Shown here piece after piece: positions 38,312 through 49,157 of a DNA stretch of 64,000 bases (position 1 is the first letter of the stretch; each line of letters starts with the position of its first letter). The DNA is from Spirochaetota bacterium (GTDB taxonomy: Bacteria > Spirochaetota > UBA4802 > UBA5550): positions 2,112,001-2,176,000 of the forward strand of contig OY760686.1 of assembly GCA_963663865.1 (NCBI GenBank). The letters are read 5' to 3'. The translations under genes and the position numbers were made by a program. Under the pieces are notes generated by a model. The model was not told where the DNA came from. It made no database searches and saw nothing but the letters and a program-made list of their open reading frames with translations.

Positions 38312-39874
38312 TCACCAGTCAATCGGGAAATAATCCTTCAAGAACTTGCCGCACCAGTGTTTCCCTGTATTAATTCCGTCAAAAATCGGATCACACACAC
38401 GGGCAGCCCCGTCAACGATATCAAGGGGAGGCTGAAAATCATGAACCTCCTGCTTAAACTTTGCCAGTTGAACCGGATCCTCGTCTGTGACCCACCCCGT
38501 ATCCACGGCGTTCATGTAAATGCCGTATTCAGCAAGATCAGCAGCCGCGGTATGAGTGAGCATATTGAGTGCCGCCTTTGCCATGTTCGTATGAGGATGA
38601 CGTGCAGCCTTTTTAAACCGGTGAAATTTCCCTTCCATAGCAGAAACATTGACGATGTGCTTCTTTCCCGTGTTGTCTCTCTTCATCATCGGCAGCAGCC
38701 TGTTGCACAAAACAAATGGCGCAATCGAATTTATGAGCTGTAATTCGATCATTTCCGCGGTTTGTATTTCACCGAGTTTGAGCCTCCAGCTGTTCACTGT
38801 TCTCAGATCGACCTGCTGCAAGTCCTGATCGAGTTTTCCCTCAGGAAATATTCCGGCAGGCATAAGGTTGTCCGACATGTAAGGGATCTGTGAAAGGCGG
38901 GCTGAATGGCTTAGTCCGGCCATGTATCTGTTTTCTGATTCAGATATTTTATCAGGCAAAGTTGAAACGCCCTCATTGAATGCAAGAGATGAATCCGACA
39001 GCCCTTTGAGGCAGGCCTGATGTTTATCAAGAAGCGCTCTGATATCCTGATTAAGATCGCTGAAAGGCCTGGTCTCATTCTGCATAAGGTGAGCGTAGAA
39101 TGCCGGGGGCCTCCTTACGGTTTGAGCGGCGTTGTTTATCAGGATGTCAAGCCTGTCAAAGCTTCTCTCCACATGATTGCAGAAAAGCTCAACGCTAGGA
39201 GTGTAACGCAGATCGAGTCCGTAAATATGAAGCCTGTCCTTCCATACAGCAAAATCCTTTTCTTTTGAATATCTCAGAGCGGAATCAACCGGAAAGCGCG
39301 TTGTAGCAAGAACCGTGGCACCTGCCCTTAACATCATCAGCGAGGCCTGATATCCGATTTTCAGCCTTGATCCGGTTATCAGTGCCACCTGCCCTGTCAG
39401 GTCCGCCGTCTGAAAGCGTTTACTGTAGTTCAGCCCTGCACAGGCCGGACACATACTGTCATAGAAATGATGCAGCTCCACAAACTCCGCCTTGCAGACA
39501 TAACAGTTTCGGGGAGATTTCAGCTTCATCACTTCTGAAGGCAATGCGCCCTGACTGCCGGACTCAGACGGTCCGGCAATTCTCTCAGGAGCTGAAAAAA
39601 CATCCGCCTGCCTCGCCAGACGTATGCCTGTTTTAGCCCTTGCCTTTCGCTCCATTTGCATTACTTGACTCTTTTTCTCTCTTAGAGCGGCCTTTTTCCT
39701 ATGTTTCAGCTGATGGCAGTCCGGTTTAGAAAGCCTGCCCGCTGCCTTCATTAGCTCTATCTGTGTTTCCCTGGGCAGCTCAGTAAATATTTCAGCATTT
39801 TCTGAAAGCTCGTGAAGCATGTTGATACAGGCGTCTACCTGTTCAACCGTTATCTTTTTCTGTCCTGATTTCAT
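38312..39874 (-). CDS. SDR-family oxidoreductase with N-terminal CxxC…CxxC module
   Basis: CYVCK…CPAC; [44 protein letters not shown]. Confidence 0.85.
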   Translation of the reverse strand: MKSGQKKITVEQVDACINMLHELSENAEIFTELPRETQIELMKAAGRLSKPDCHQLKHRKKAALREKKSQVMQMERKARAKTGIRLARQADVFSAPERIAGPSESGSQGALPSEVMKLKSPRNCYVCKAEFVELHHFYDSMCPACAGLNYSKRFQTADLTGQVALITGSRLKIGYQASLMMLRAGATVLATTRFPVDSALRYSKEKDFAVWKDRLHIYGLDLRYTPSVELFCNHVERSFDRLDILINNAAQTVRRPPAFYAHLMQNETRPFSDLNQDIRALLDKHQACLKGLSDSSLAFNEGVSTLPDKISESENRYMAGLSHSARLSQIPYMSDNLMPAGIFPEGKLDQDLQQVDLRTVNSWRLKLGEIQTAEMIELQLINSIAPFVLCNRLLPMMKRDNTGKKHIVNVSAMEGKFHRFKKAARHPHTNMAKAALNMLTHTAAADLAEYGIYMNAVDTGWVTDEDPVQLAKFKQEVHDFQPPLDIVDGAARVCDPIFDGINTGKHWCGKFLKDYFPIDW

Positions 39875-40048
39875 ATAATTCCGTAAAATTTCAATTGTGC
39901 TCTCTTTTTAAACGAATAAATATAGCCACTTAAAAGCTTTTTTACGGGGTGTTTAATTGCAAGATAATTTCAATCGCAATCGGCGAACTTTTACCTGATT
40001 GCAAATTTTTTTTATTGACATTTTTTACCTCTCAAAGCTTAATGTAAT

Positions 40049-40166
<118 letters not shown>

Positions 40167-40294
40167 TTTTTAAAACCTTTCCTTGTTCTTATACATAAAC
40201 CCTTTAAAAAATACCTTCTAAATATTGACATTGAATCAGACAGCAATATATTTATGATTGTGCCCACTCTCAGTTTATGATAAGTGAGGATGCC

Positions 40295-41101
40295 ATGGCA
40301 ATTTTCAGCCCCCTTCCTGTTTCAATAGCAATTACACTTTCTCTCATATGGCAGAGCGGACCCGTCTTCAAAACACCAGAATCAGTTTTTTACTCAAAGT
40401 CACAGAACGTTTTATATGTCTCGAATATTAACGGCAGTCCAGCCGCCAGAGACGGAAACGGTTTCATATCCTGCATGTCTCTTCGCGGCAAAGCCATCAA
40501 AATGGACTGGGCTGTGGGCATGGACGCGCCCAAAGGGATGGGTTCTTTCGGAGACGACCTTTATGTAACCGATATCGAACGTCTTCACAGAGTGTCCTTA
40601 AAAACAGGTATCATTTTAAAGACCTGGAAGGTCGACGGTGCCAAGTCACTGAATGACATCGCGGTTGACCCTTCCGGTAAAATCTTTATAAGCGACAGGG
40701 AGACCTCAACTGTTTTTATGATGAAAAACGGCAAAATCTCGCTATGGCTTGACCTGAAAAATTACGGAAATGCAAATGGCCTTGCCGTCGAAAAGAGACG
40801 TCTTCTCATAGGAACTAATCAGGGCATTATCAGCGCAGACACAATCACGGGGAAACACCTGCTCCTCATCAAGCACAGCGGCGGCATTGACGGATTGAAG
40901 CCCCTGGGAGAGGGCAAGTACATTGTCACTGACTGGAAGGGCAAGACTGAGATTATCAGTGAAGACTCTGAATCACTCGTTCTTCTTGATACAACATCAT
41001 CTGGAATTAACGCCGCTGATATTGAGTACATTCCGGACATGAAAATGCTTTTCATTCCAGGCTTCATGGCAAACACCGTTTCCTGTTACAAAATCAATTG
41101 A
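40295..41101 (+). CDS. SMP-30/gluconolactonase-like beta-propeller protein
   Basis: TPESV…LYVSNING…DGNGFIS, APKGM, LNDIAVD, NGL, IDGL, AADI. Confidence 0.8.
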   Translation: MAIFSPLPVSIAITLSLIWQSGPVFKTPESVFYSKSQNVLYVSNINGSPAARDGNGFISCMSLRGKAIKMDWAVGMDAPKGMGSFGDDLYVTDIERLHRVSLKTGIILKTWKVDGAKSLNDIAVDPSGKIFISDRETSTVFMMKNGKISLWLDLKNYGNANGLAVEKRRLLIGTNQGIISADTITGKHLLLIKHSGGIDGLKPLGEGKYIVTDWKGKTEIISEDSESLVLLDTTSSGINAADIEYIPDMKMLFIPGFMANTVSCYKIN

Positions 41102-41274
41102 ACAGCTTCCTGCCCTCTTTGTGGACGATGTGTGCCGCCACTGAATAGCACTTATTGCGAGCAATAAGCCCTTACGGGCGGGCTGTACATTTTCCACTAA
41201 TTGCTCACTTTTTTCTTGCCCCCGAAGCATCTTTTAAGTATATTCCCGCGATTTAAACAGACGGGAGGAAGACG

Positions 41275-42324
41275 ATGAAACCTGAGATGTACACAATAAT
41301 AAAAAATTCATTAACCGCGCTATCGATTGCGGCCATGCTGACAGTCATTATAACAGCATGCGGCGGCGGCGCCTACACAGCCCCGGATAACGGCAACACA
41401 GCTGCTGACAGCAGCAGCCAGAGCGATTCAGTACTTGCCGGCAGCATTCCGGAGTACCATTACCCTGACAGTACTGGACCTCAGAGCGAGGAGTTACAGG
41501 GAGACATGACAGACGACGCAGTAACATCAGAGAACCAGGGCATTAATGATGACGAAGAAGAGCAGGACACCGCCGGAACTGATGAAGAAACCCTGCCAGA
41601 AGAAAGCGTCCCCGATGAACCCGGCGAGACAGTTCCCGAAGAGACAGCCGCAGAAATCTTCAGAGATGACTTTGACGGTCCGGTGCTTGACACCTCCGTG
41701 TGGCAGGCAGCAACGTGGATTGAGCATGGCGGTCAGACAGGGTCAGAGCGCTGTTACGTTGAAGATGGATATCTGCACATGATATTCAGGAACGACTCTG
41801 AATCGGGCTACCTCAACGCCTCTGTACAGACGCGGGATGAGTTCCTCTACGGCACGTGGAAGGCCCGGCTGAAGCCGTCTTCCACGGCAGGCGTTCTCAA
41901 CTCGATGTTCACCATTGACTGGGACGATATGGACAACAGCTCCTCAACAAGCGACGGAACGAAACAGGAGATTGACATTGAGTTTCTTACCGCGAGCTTT
42001 TCAGAAAACGCCGGAGAAGTCCACTATGCCGTACACGCGGAGGGCAAAAACAGCCATAACACAAACCCTGACATCCCGGTCAACTTCAACCCATCAGATG
42101 ATTTTCACATCTGGGGCTTTACCATCACCCCGGAGAAGATCGAGTGGTTCGTCGATGAAACAGTCCTTCACAGCTATGTCTACAGTGAAAACGATATTGC
42201 TGTTACAGGCTCGTACCAGCTCAAGTTCAACGTATGGACATGCGTTGACTGGGTCAACGGCCCGCCAGAGGCAGACGTGGACTGCGTGTATCTCATCGAC
42301 TGGGTCAGCTTCACGCCTCTTTAA
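41275..42324 (+). CDS. glycoside hydrolase family 16 lipoprotein with acidic linker
   Basis: Lipobox ITA-C; FRDDFDG, YGTWKARLK, catalytic EIDIE, FHIWGF, IDWV. Confidence 0.9.
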   Translation: MKPEMYTIIKNSLTALSIAAMLTVIITACGGGAYTAPDNGNTAADSSSQSDSVLAGSIPEYHYPDSTGPQSEELQGDMTDDAVTSENQGINDDEEEQDTAGTDEETLPEESVPDEPGETVPEETAAEIFRDDFDGPVLDTSVWQAATWIEHGGQTGSERCYVEDGYLHMIFRNDSESGYLNASVQTRDEFLYGTWKARLKPSSTAGVLNSMFTIDWDDMDNSSSTSDGTKQEIDIEFLTASFSENAGEVHYAVHAEGKNSHNTNPDIPVNFNPSDDFHIWGFTITPEKIEWFVDETVLHSYVYSENDIAVTGSYQLKFNVWTCVDWVNGPPEADVDCVYLIDWVSFTPL

Positions 42325-42355
42325 TATTAATCCAGACAGCCCCCTTCTCACTATT

Positions 42356-42384
42356 GGGCCCTCACATTGAGGGCTCTTTTTTTT
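42356..42384 (+). terminator. intrinsic terminator between the GH16 paralogs
   Basis: GGGCCCTCA-cat-TGAGGGCTC-T8. Confidence 0.85.
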
Positions 42385-42498
42385 GGGCGGGGGGATATCG
42401 GCTTAAGCTGTTCAGCGCTTCAGGCCGGCACATATTCTTTTACTTGATTCCGCGCTGAATCTTTTTTACACTTGCAGAGAGCTTTCAGGAGGCTGCCA

Positions 42499-43305
42499 AT
42501 GCTTAAAAGAAAAACACTGACCTTTCTAACCGCGATGAGCACAATCTTTCTGTCAGGCTGCGCTCTTTGCAGATGCGCCGGAAATGATAAAGCCGATATC
42601 GAGCCTAACCCGAGTAATGAGGTTTTCAGAACATCAGTATTCCGTGAGGATTTTGACGGCACTGAAGTCGACGCTGACGTATGGCAGACAGCCACGTGGA
42701 CCGAGCACGGAGCTCAGGCTTCGCCTGAGCGCTGCTACGTCAGCGGAGGGTACCTGCACATGATCTTCAGAAACGACAGCGAATCGGGCTACCTAAATGC
42801 TGCCATTCAGACGCGGGAGGAATTCCTTTACGGAACATGGAAGGCCCGGCTGAAACCGTCATCGGTGACAGGCGTGCTCAACTCATTTTACACCATCGAC
42901 TGGGACGATACATCCGGCGGAGACTCAGGAGACGGAACAAAACAGGAGATTGACATTGAATTTCTTACCGCAAGCTTCGCTGGTGATTCCGGCGAGGTCC
43001 ACTACGCAGTACACGCTGACGGGAAAAGCAGCCATCACACAAACCCTGACATTGATGTAAACTTCAACCCCTCTTCCGATTTTCACGTCTGGGGCTTCAC
43101 TATAACGCCTGAAAAGATCGAATGGTCCGTTGACGGAAAAACGCTTCACAGCTACATCTACAGCCAAAACGATATAAGCATAACATCACCATATCAGCTG
43201 AAGCTTAACGTGTGGACCTCGACTGACTGGGTTCAGGGCCCGCCTCCAGCCGACACTGACTGTATTTACCTCATCGACTGGATTGAGTTTACGCCGCTTG
43301 AGTGA
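42499..43305 (+). CDS. glycoside hydrolase family 16 lipoprotein (paralog)
   Basis: Lipobox LSG-C; EIDIE; long identical stretches shared with upstream gene; start reassigned to ATG after AGGAGG. Confidence 0.9.
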   Translation: MLKRKTLTFLTAMSTIFLSGCALCRCAGNDKADIEPNPSNEVFRTSVFREDFDGTEVDADVWQTATWTEHGAQASPERCYVSGGYLHMIFRNDSESGYLNAAIQTREEFLYGTWKARLKPSSVTGVLNSFYTIDWDDTSGGDSGDGTKQEIDIEFLTASFAGDSGEVHYAVHADGKSSHHTNPDIDVNFNPSSDFHVWGFTITPEKIEWSVDGKTLHSYIYSQNDISITSPYQLKLNVWTSTDWVQGPPPADTDCIYLIDWIEFTPLE

Positions 43306-43420
43306 TCTTCTCTTTTATAATGCATAGTGGCGCTTTACGTTCACCTTTTCAACCCGAATACTGCTTGCAACATATGGAACGGTGATTATAATGAATTGAA
43401 TACTGTTCGGCGGTGAAAAT

Positions 43421-44563
43421 ATGACATTCAAAGCGCTTGTTAAACGTCTTTTAGAAAGCGGGCTTGAGATTTCAGCGGCTCTGAAAGAAAGCGCCGGGCT
43501 TATCGAAGTGTACATCGATGAGGACGGCGAGTTTAAAGAGGCTGTTATGGTTAAAAACGATGAAACGCTCGTTCCTGTTGCGCCCGAATCGATGTGGCAG
43601 CAGTTTTCTTCAGACTCTCCCGTGACTTTCACTGCTGAGAACCCTTCCGGAGACAAGATTTTCATAAGGAGTATCCCCTGCTCTTCAGCGAAAGGACCGG
43701 CGGCAAGGCTCATCGTGCAGATGAAATCGGCCCCATCACCCGCAGTTGAAGAGCTCATTTCAATTACCGCGGTTTCGCTTTCACTTCTCCTTGAGGTCTC
43801 ATCATCGGCCAAACACGATGCGCTTGAGGGAGAACGGCATCGGAAGCACATAAACTCTCTCAGAAGCGCCCAGGCGAGTCTTTTCCCGACATTCAACGAC
43901 ATTGAGGGCTTCGATATAGCCTCGGCCTACCTTCCAGCCGCGGTATCTGGAGGCAGCTTTATCGACGCCTATTATCCGGCAAAGAACCGCTACCAGATAG
44001 TCATTTGCGACATTATTGGAAGCGAGGGGTCATCAGCGCTTATCGGTTCAGCCATCAGAACGCTGACAAGATCCGAGTCAGCGGGATTCATGACGCCATC
44101 CACCTTGACGGCCCAGATATTGACCAGACTGAAACAGATTATACCCGTCATTGACAGCATAATATCAGTTACGATTTGCCACATAACGGTTACCACCGGG
44201 CAGATTACCATTTCGTCCAACGGCACCCCCAGGGCCTTCTTCTTCAAGAAAGCCAGGAAAAACGCCATCCACCTGAAGGACACACCCATCGGCCAGCTCC
44301 AAACCCGGGCAAGGACGAGCCGGGACATCGTAATCCAGATGCATCCTGGCGATATTCTTCTGATTTACTCATCCTCTATAACGAGGACTGTGTCAGAGGA
44401 CGGAAAGAGACATTATCCGGAAAGCTCCATCCTCCAACCGATTATCAGCGAGTCAGACTCAACAGCCACCGACATTACCCATTCGGTCATTGAGTCTCTT
44501 TACGACTTCACCAACTTCGGCGAGATTCCCGAGGACATTCTTCTCCTGACCGTCAAGAAGTAA
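43421..44563 (+). CDS. SpoIIE/RsbU-type PP2C-fold protein, probably catalytically inactive
   Basis: AQASLFP…FDIASAYLPA…GGSFID…ICDIIG…PGDILLIYSSSI…EDILLL. Confidence 0.75.
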   Translation: MTFKALVKRLLESGLEISAALKESAGLIEVYIDEDGEFKEAVMVKNDETLVPVAPESMWQQFSSDSPVTFTAENPSGDKIFIRSIPCSSAKGPAARLIVQMKSAPSPAVEELISITAVSLSLLLEVSSSAKHDALEGERHRKHINSLRSAQASLFPTFNDIEGFDIASAYLPAAVSGGSFIDAYYPAKNRYQIVICDIIGSEGSSALIGSAIRTLTRSESAGFMTPSTLTAQILTRLKQIIPVIDSIISVTICHITVTTGQITISSNGTPRAFFFKKARKNAIHLKDTPIGQLQTRARTSRDIVIQMHPGDILLIYSSSITRTVSEDGKRHYPESSILQPIISESDSTATDITHSVIESLYDFTNFGEIPEDILLLTVKK

Positions 44564-44697
44564 AACTCCAGAACTGTTTGACATTCATTATAGAGACAGC
44601 GAATATGTCTTCCGAACGCGTCCGGGGCGTATTTTTTTATCACTGCTGTCCGGCATAACCACCCGTTACGTTACGCGTCCTGCCACTGGAGGATTAT

Positions 44698-45753
44698 ATG
44701 AGCCTTGTATATATTGCCGGCGAATCGGCCTACGAGAAGATTAAGGATTCCGGACTTAAGCCTGACGATGTCAGCACCATTCCGGGCGCCGCCGGCGGGC
44801 CCAAATTCCTGGTCCTCAGCTCCATCGACAGGGCCCTCTTCGGAACATTCTTTAAAGGCCGCAAAAAGCCTCTATACGCAGTTGGCTCATCAATAGGTTC
44901 GTGGCGCATCGCTGCCTACGCGCAAAAGAATCCCGTTGAGGCAGTATCTCTTTTCGAAAGGCTCTATATCGAGCAGATTCACGAGAAGGGGGCTTCAGCC
45001 GCTTCCATATCGAAGACCTCTGACAGGCTGCTCCGTGACTATGTAAAACCCGAAAGTATCGAATACATTCTGAATCACCCGTACATTAGAACAAATATTA
45101 TCTCTGACCGGGGAGCTAATCTCATATCTTATGATGCAAAGCCTGTTCTGGCCGCGGGAATCGGGCTGGCCATAGCCGCCAATACCGTCAGCTCAAAAGG
45201 CGTTCACCTGTTTTTCAAACGTACCGTTTTCACCGACAGCCGGTCACGGGCGCCGTTTCTTGACGCCAATTATCCTCACATCGAGGTTGAGCTTACGGCA
45301 GACAACTTCTACCAGGCAGTTCTCGCCTCTGGCTCAATTCCACTCTGGATGTCAGGCGTCAGGAACATTCCAGGGGCCCCGCGTGGGACTTACAGAGACG
45401 GAGGAATGACTGACTATCACATGGACATACCGTACGGAGATTCGGGCATTGTCCTCTATCCTCATTTTTCTACTACGGTCAAGCCCGGCTGGTTTGACAG
45501 GTGGCTTTCGTGGAGGAAGCCTGACAGGAAAAACATGTCCAATGTAGTCCTCGTTGCCCCTTCTGACAGCTTTATTAATTCTCTTCCCGGGGGAAGCATT
45601 CCGAACCGGAAAGACTTTGTCGAATTCGCCGGAAACGACGCTGAACGAATCAAAAAGTGGAGCCGGGCCCTGTCTCTCTGTGATAAGCTGGGGAATGTGC
45701 TCCTGGAAGACATCGCATCGGGGGCCATCTCACGAAAGCTTCAAAAAATGTGA
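44698..45753 (+). CDS. patatin-like phospholipase
   Basis: GAAGGPK, GSSIG nucleophile motif, ASGSIP, DGG. Confidence 0.88.
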   Translation: MSLVYIAGESAYEKIKDSGLKPDDVSTIPGAAGGPKFLVLSSIDRALFGTFFKGRKKPLYAVGSSIGSWRIAAYAQKNPVEAVSLFERLYIEQIHEKGASAASISKTSDRLLRDYVKPESIEYILNHPYIRTNIISDRGANLISYDAKPVLAAGIGLAIAANTVSSKGVHLFFKRTVFTDSRSRAPFLDANYPHIEVELTADNFYQAVLASGSIPLWMSGVRNIPGAPRGTYRDGGMTDYHMDIPYGDSGIVLYPHFSTTVKPGWFDRWLSWRKPDRKNMSNVVLVAPSDSFINSLPGGSIPNRKDFVEFAGNDAERIKKWSRALSLCDKLGNVLLEDIASGAISRKLQKM

Positions 45754-45851
45754 CATCGATTCGCATGGAGCTTAAAACGAATTTTTCTTGAATTTATATG
45801 GCGTAATGTTAGTTCTGAATCAGACTGATTATATTTTTCCGGGATAGTGAT

Positions 45852-46796
45852 TTGAGCAACCCAAAGTTTTGGATAGCCCTTGACCAGGCGGAAGGTATCG
45901 GACCGGTAAATCTCCGCCTGATTCACGAGACGCTGCAGTCGTCCGGCCTTTCGGTCACGGACATCTTCGGCCTCACAGAGAACGAGCTTAGAACTGAATT
46001 CAACTTCCCCGACAGGGCCGTAAAGGGCATTTTGAACGCCGCTGATATACTCCCTTCTGTCGAAGAGGACTACCTTTCAATTCTCGACGCGGGAATACGG
46101 GTGATTCCCTTCTTTTCTGAAGATTATCCCCGGCTGCTCACGCAGCGCCTTCCGTCGTCTTTCCCTCCCATACTCTACGGCATAGGAGACGCTTCCATTT
46201 TGAACAGGCCCTCCGCGGCTGTGCTTGGAGACAGCGACATCAGCCAGCGTGGAGAATTGATAGCTTACGGAGCGGCAAAGCAGCTGGCTGCAAGAGGCAT
46301 TGTCACCATCAGCGGATTCGCGAAAGGAGCCGGCCTGGTTGCTCACAGATCGGCAATCGAGAACGGCGGCCTGACTGCAGCTGTTCTGCCATGCGGAATT
46401 TTGAGGTTCAAAGTCCCGCAGTTTCTGCAGGATGTCATGAACCCGGATTCCATCTTTATCATGTCCCCATTTTATCCGACGCAGCAGGCCGACAAGTACC
46501 ACGCATTCGCGAGGAACAGGGCAATCTGCGCGATGTCAGGGGCAGCGTACATCGTTGAAGCACCCGGCGAGGGAGGCATCTTTGAAGCAGCCCGTTCAGC
46601 GGTGAACATCAAGACACCTCTTTTTACAACGCTCTACAAAGAGTATCCTCCGAGCGCGGCAGGCAATAAAACTATTCTCGAAGAAATGGGTGGGATTGCC
46701 GTACAGAGAAAGCAGGGAAGCGAATCACCCGAACCCAACATGGACCGAGTCATAGCCGCGGTCAGATTCCCGGACAAAAACACAGAACAGGGCTGA
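45852..46796 (+). CDS. dprA: DNA-processing protein DprA family
   Basis: GIGP, YPRLL…PPILYGIG, ISGFAKG, RNRAI, IVEA; TTG start. Confidence 0.82.
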   Translation: MSNPKFWIALDQAEGIGPVNLRLIHETLQSSGLSVTDIFGLTENELRTEFNFPDRAVKGILNAADILPSVEEDYLSILDAGIRVIPFFSEDYPRLLTQRLPSSFPPILYGIGDASILNRPSAAVLGDSDISQRGELIAYGAAKQLAARGIVTISGFAKGAGLVAHRSAIENGGLTAAVLPCGILRFKVPQFLQDVMNPDSIFIMSPFYPTQQADKYHAFARNRAICAMSGAAYIVEAPGEGGIFEAARSAVNIKTPLFTTLYKEYPPSAAGNKTILEEMGGIAVQRKQGSESPEPNMDRVIAAVRFPDKNTEQG

Positions 46797-46804
46797 AGTC
46801 AAAA

Positions 46805-47812
46805 ATGAAGATACATATAGAACGAAAGAAACCGCGAAAGCTCCGTATAGCGGCTGTACTGTTTACCGCGGCAGCCCTGCTTGCAACAGGCACAGCGCTT
46901 TATTTAAATTCGCCGCCGGCATTTATGCAGAGTGAGCGCTTCACCATAGAGAAAGGAGAGTCACTCGGATCAGTGGCAGACAAACTCAGGCGGCAAAATC
47001 TGATAAGGAGCAGCCTCTTTTTCAAGTCTGCTGCTTTATTGTTCAGTGACAGGAAAATCAGGCCCGGGACTTACATGATAAAGAAGGGTACATCAACCCT
47101 GCCCATATTCTACAGGCTTGCCGCGGGCGATGTTATAATGAAAAAGGTCACAATTCCTGAGGGATTTAATATCTACCAGATATCGGAGAGGCTTGAAAGC
47201 GAAGGCATTACAACCTCGGGAGATTTTCTGATTCACGCGCTCGATCGTGAGGGACTTGGAAGACTTGGAATAGATGCTCCCTCGGCTGAAGGATACCTTT
47301 TCCCTGACACGTATAACTTTGCCGAGTCATCCGACGCCGGAGACATCATCTCGTCTATGAACAGAAAGATGAACAGTGTTCTGGCACAGGAGCTCGCTGA
47401 TGCAGGAATAAGGGATACCACTTACAACCGGCACAGAACCCTCACACTGGCATCGCTGATTGAGAAAGAGGCAGCCGTCAGCGGAGAAAGAAGAATTATC
47501 TCATCTGTCTTTCACAACAGGCTCAAAAACAACTGGCGGCTCGACTGCGACCCGACTGTGAGATATGCCGTCAAGAACTTCGATTCGCCGATAAAACGGT
47601 CTGAACTTGAGGCCCCCTCTCCCTACAACACATACCGGAACAAAGGGCTTCCTCCCGGCCCCATCGCAAACCCGGGACGTGAGAGCATTAAAGCTGCAAT
47701 CAGCCCGGCTGAAACAGATTACTTCTTCTTCGTCTCCAAAAACGACGGCTCCCATCACTTCTCGTCGTCGTTGAGCGAACATAACAGAGCCGTCCGCGTT
47801 CATCAGAGGTAG
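46805..47812 (+). CDS. mltG: endolytic murein transglycosylase MltG
   Basis: TM anchor; VTIPEG, EGYLFPDTY, LASLIEKE, SPYNTY…GLPPGPIANPG. Confidence 0.95.
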   Translation: MKIHIERKKPRKLRIAAVLFTAAALLATGTALYLNSPPAFMQSERFTIEKGESLGSVADKLRRQNLIRSSLFFKSAALLFSDRKIRPGTYMIKKGTSTLPIFYRLAAGDVIMKKVTIPEGFNIYQISERLESEGITTSGDFLIHALDREGLGRLGIDAPSAEGYLFPDTYNFAESSDAGDIISSMNRKMNSVLAQELADAGIRDTTYNRHRTLTLASLIEKEAAVSGERRIISSVFHNRLKNNWRLDCDPTVRYAVKNFDSPIKRSELEAPSPYNTYRNKGLPPGPIANPGRESIKAAISPAETDYFFFVSKNDGSHHFSSSLSEHNRAVRVHQR

Positions 47813-47859
47813 CGCCAGATTTTCGCAACTCGCTTCAGTTTGACGGGGGGTGCGGGCCT

Positions 47860-48117
47860 TTAGCGGGAGGGCTTTGGCCTTGCCTGATTGACCTTGATGG
47901 TTCGGCCCATAACCTCGGTTCCGTTAAGCGCCGCCACAGCGCTGTTTCCGGCCTCATCTCCGTCCATTTCAACGAAGCCGAATCCCTTTGACCTTCCGCT
48001 GTTATGGTCGATGATAATCTTAACGCTCTGGACCTGGCCGTAGGTTTCAAAAAGATTTTTCAGGGAATCCTCAGTCATATCATAGGAAAGATTGCCTGCA
48101 TAAATATTCATAGACAT
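47860..48117 (-). CDS. RRM-domain RNA-binding protein
   Basis: RNP2 IYAGNL, RNP1 KGFGFVEM. Confidence 0.93.
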   Translation of the reverse strand: MSMNIYAGNLSYDMTEDSLKNLFETYGQVQSVKIIIDHNSGRSKGFGFVEMDGDEAGNSAVAALNGTEVMGRTIKVNQARPKPSR

Positions 48118-48288
48118 AAACTTACCTCTTAACAGGATATTCGGTTAAGCAATTCTGTTCCCTATCTCCGTGCCTGAGCAGCCCCCGCCCAGCCCGCTGA
48201 CCCGAAGAGCAGAAACATCTGACAGAAAATAAATCATACATTTTACGGGGAATGTCAAATAAAAAAGGATGGTATACTGTACGGAAAA

Positions 48289-49146
48289 TTATATGAAACT
48301 GAGACTGACACCCATTGGCAGACATCTATCGAGGGGACCGTGGCCCAGTTCGTCTGTTTCAAACACCGGAAAGCCGTTCTTTTCCGCGTATGGTCGTGCA
48401 ATCTCCCACGGGGCCTGAGGCTGCCTTGACCGCTGAAGCTGTGTAAAGTTTCCAAGCAGCAGTCCGCTTATTCGGCTGAAGACATCAAGCTGGTTTATCT
48501 GGTGGAAAAGAGAAGCGATTCTCTCAAGCCCGCCGCTGTATGACTCAAGGAACAGTATTTTTCCGGTTAAATCCGGAAAGTACCCGGTCCCCGCCAGCTT
48601 TAAGAAGCATCGAATATTGCCGCCGAAGACAGGGCCTGACATAGCGCTTCCCCTGCGGGGCTTTATATTGAAGGTGATTCCGTTCAGGTCATGCTCAACA
48701 ATGTTTTCCCGGAAATAATTATACTGCATTCCAGAGGCATCCTCTCCGAGCTGGCGCGCGCAGTAATAGTATACCGGAACGTCAGCCTTAACCAGCAGCG
48801 CGTTGAGAACCGTTGAAAGATCGCTGTATCCGAAAAACGGTATTGAAGCCGACCTGAAAGCGCTGTAATCAAGACTTTCCAGGACCAGGTTTGAAAGATC
48901 ACCGCCGGAAACGTCAAAGACTGCGGCTACATCCCCCCCCGAAATAAACTGATTAAATTCGGAGGCCTTCTCTGCTGCCATTAATAAGCTGTCGTCGCCA
49001 GTGTGGTATATATAGCGTGACAATACGGGATTGAGGCCAGCGGCTTGCATTCGTTTCACAGTAAGTTCAATGACCTGACGCTGAGCGGGCCCGAAGCTGT
49101 TTGAGAGAGCTGTCAGTGCCACCTTTGAATTCAGCTTAATATTCAT
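48289..49146 (-). CDS. LD-carboxypeptidase / peptidase S66 family
   Basis: GYSD, GGN, ILFLES, GH catalytic motifs. Confidence 0.87.
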   Translation of the reverse strand: MNIKLNSKVALTALSNSFGPAQRQVIELTVKRMQAAGLNPVLSRYIYHTGDDSLLMAAEKASEFNQFISGGDVAAVFDVSGGDLSNLVLESLDYSAFRSASIPFFGYSDLSTVLNALLVKADVPVYYYCARQLGEDASGMQYNYFRENIVEHDLNGITFNIKPRRGSAMSGPVFGGNIRCFLKLAGTGYFPDLTGKILFLESYSGGLERIASLFHQINQLDVFSRISGLLLGNFTQLQRSRQPQAPWEIARPYAEKNGFPVFETDELGHGPLDRCLPMGVSLSFI

Positions 49147-49157
49147 ATTACCGTTTT

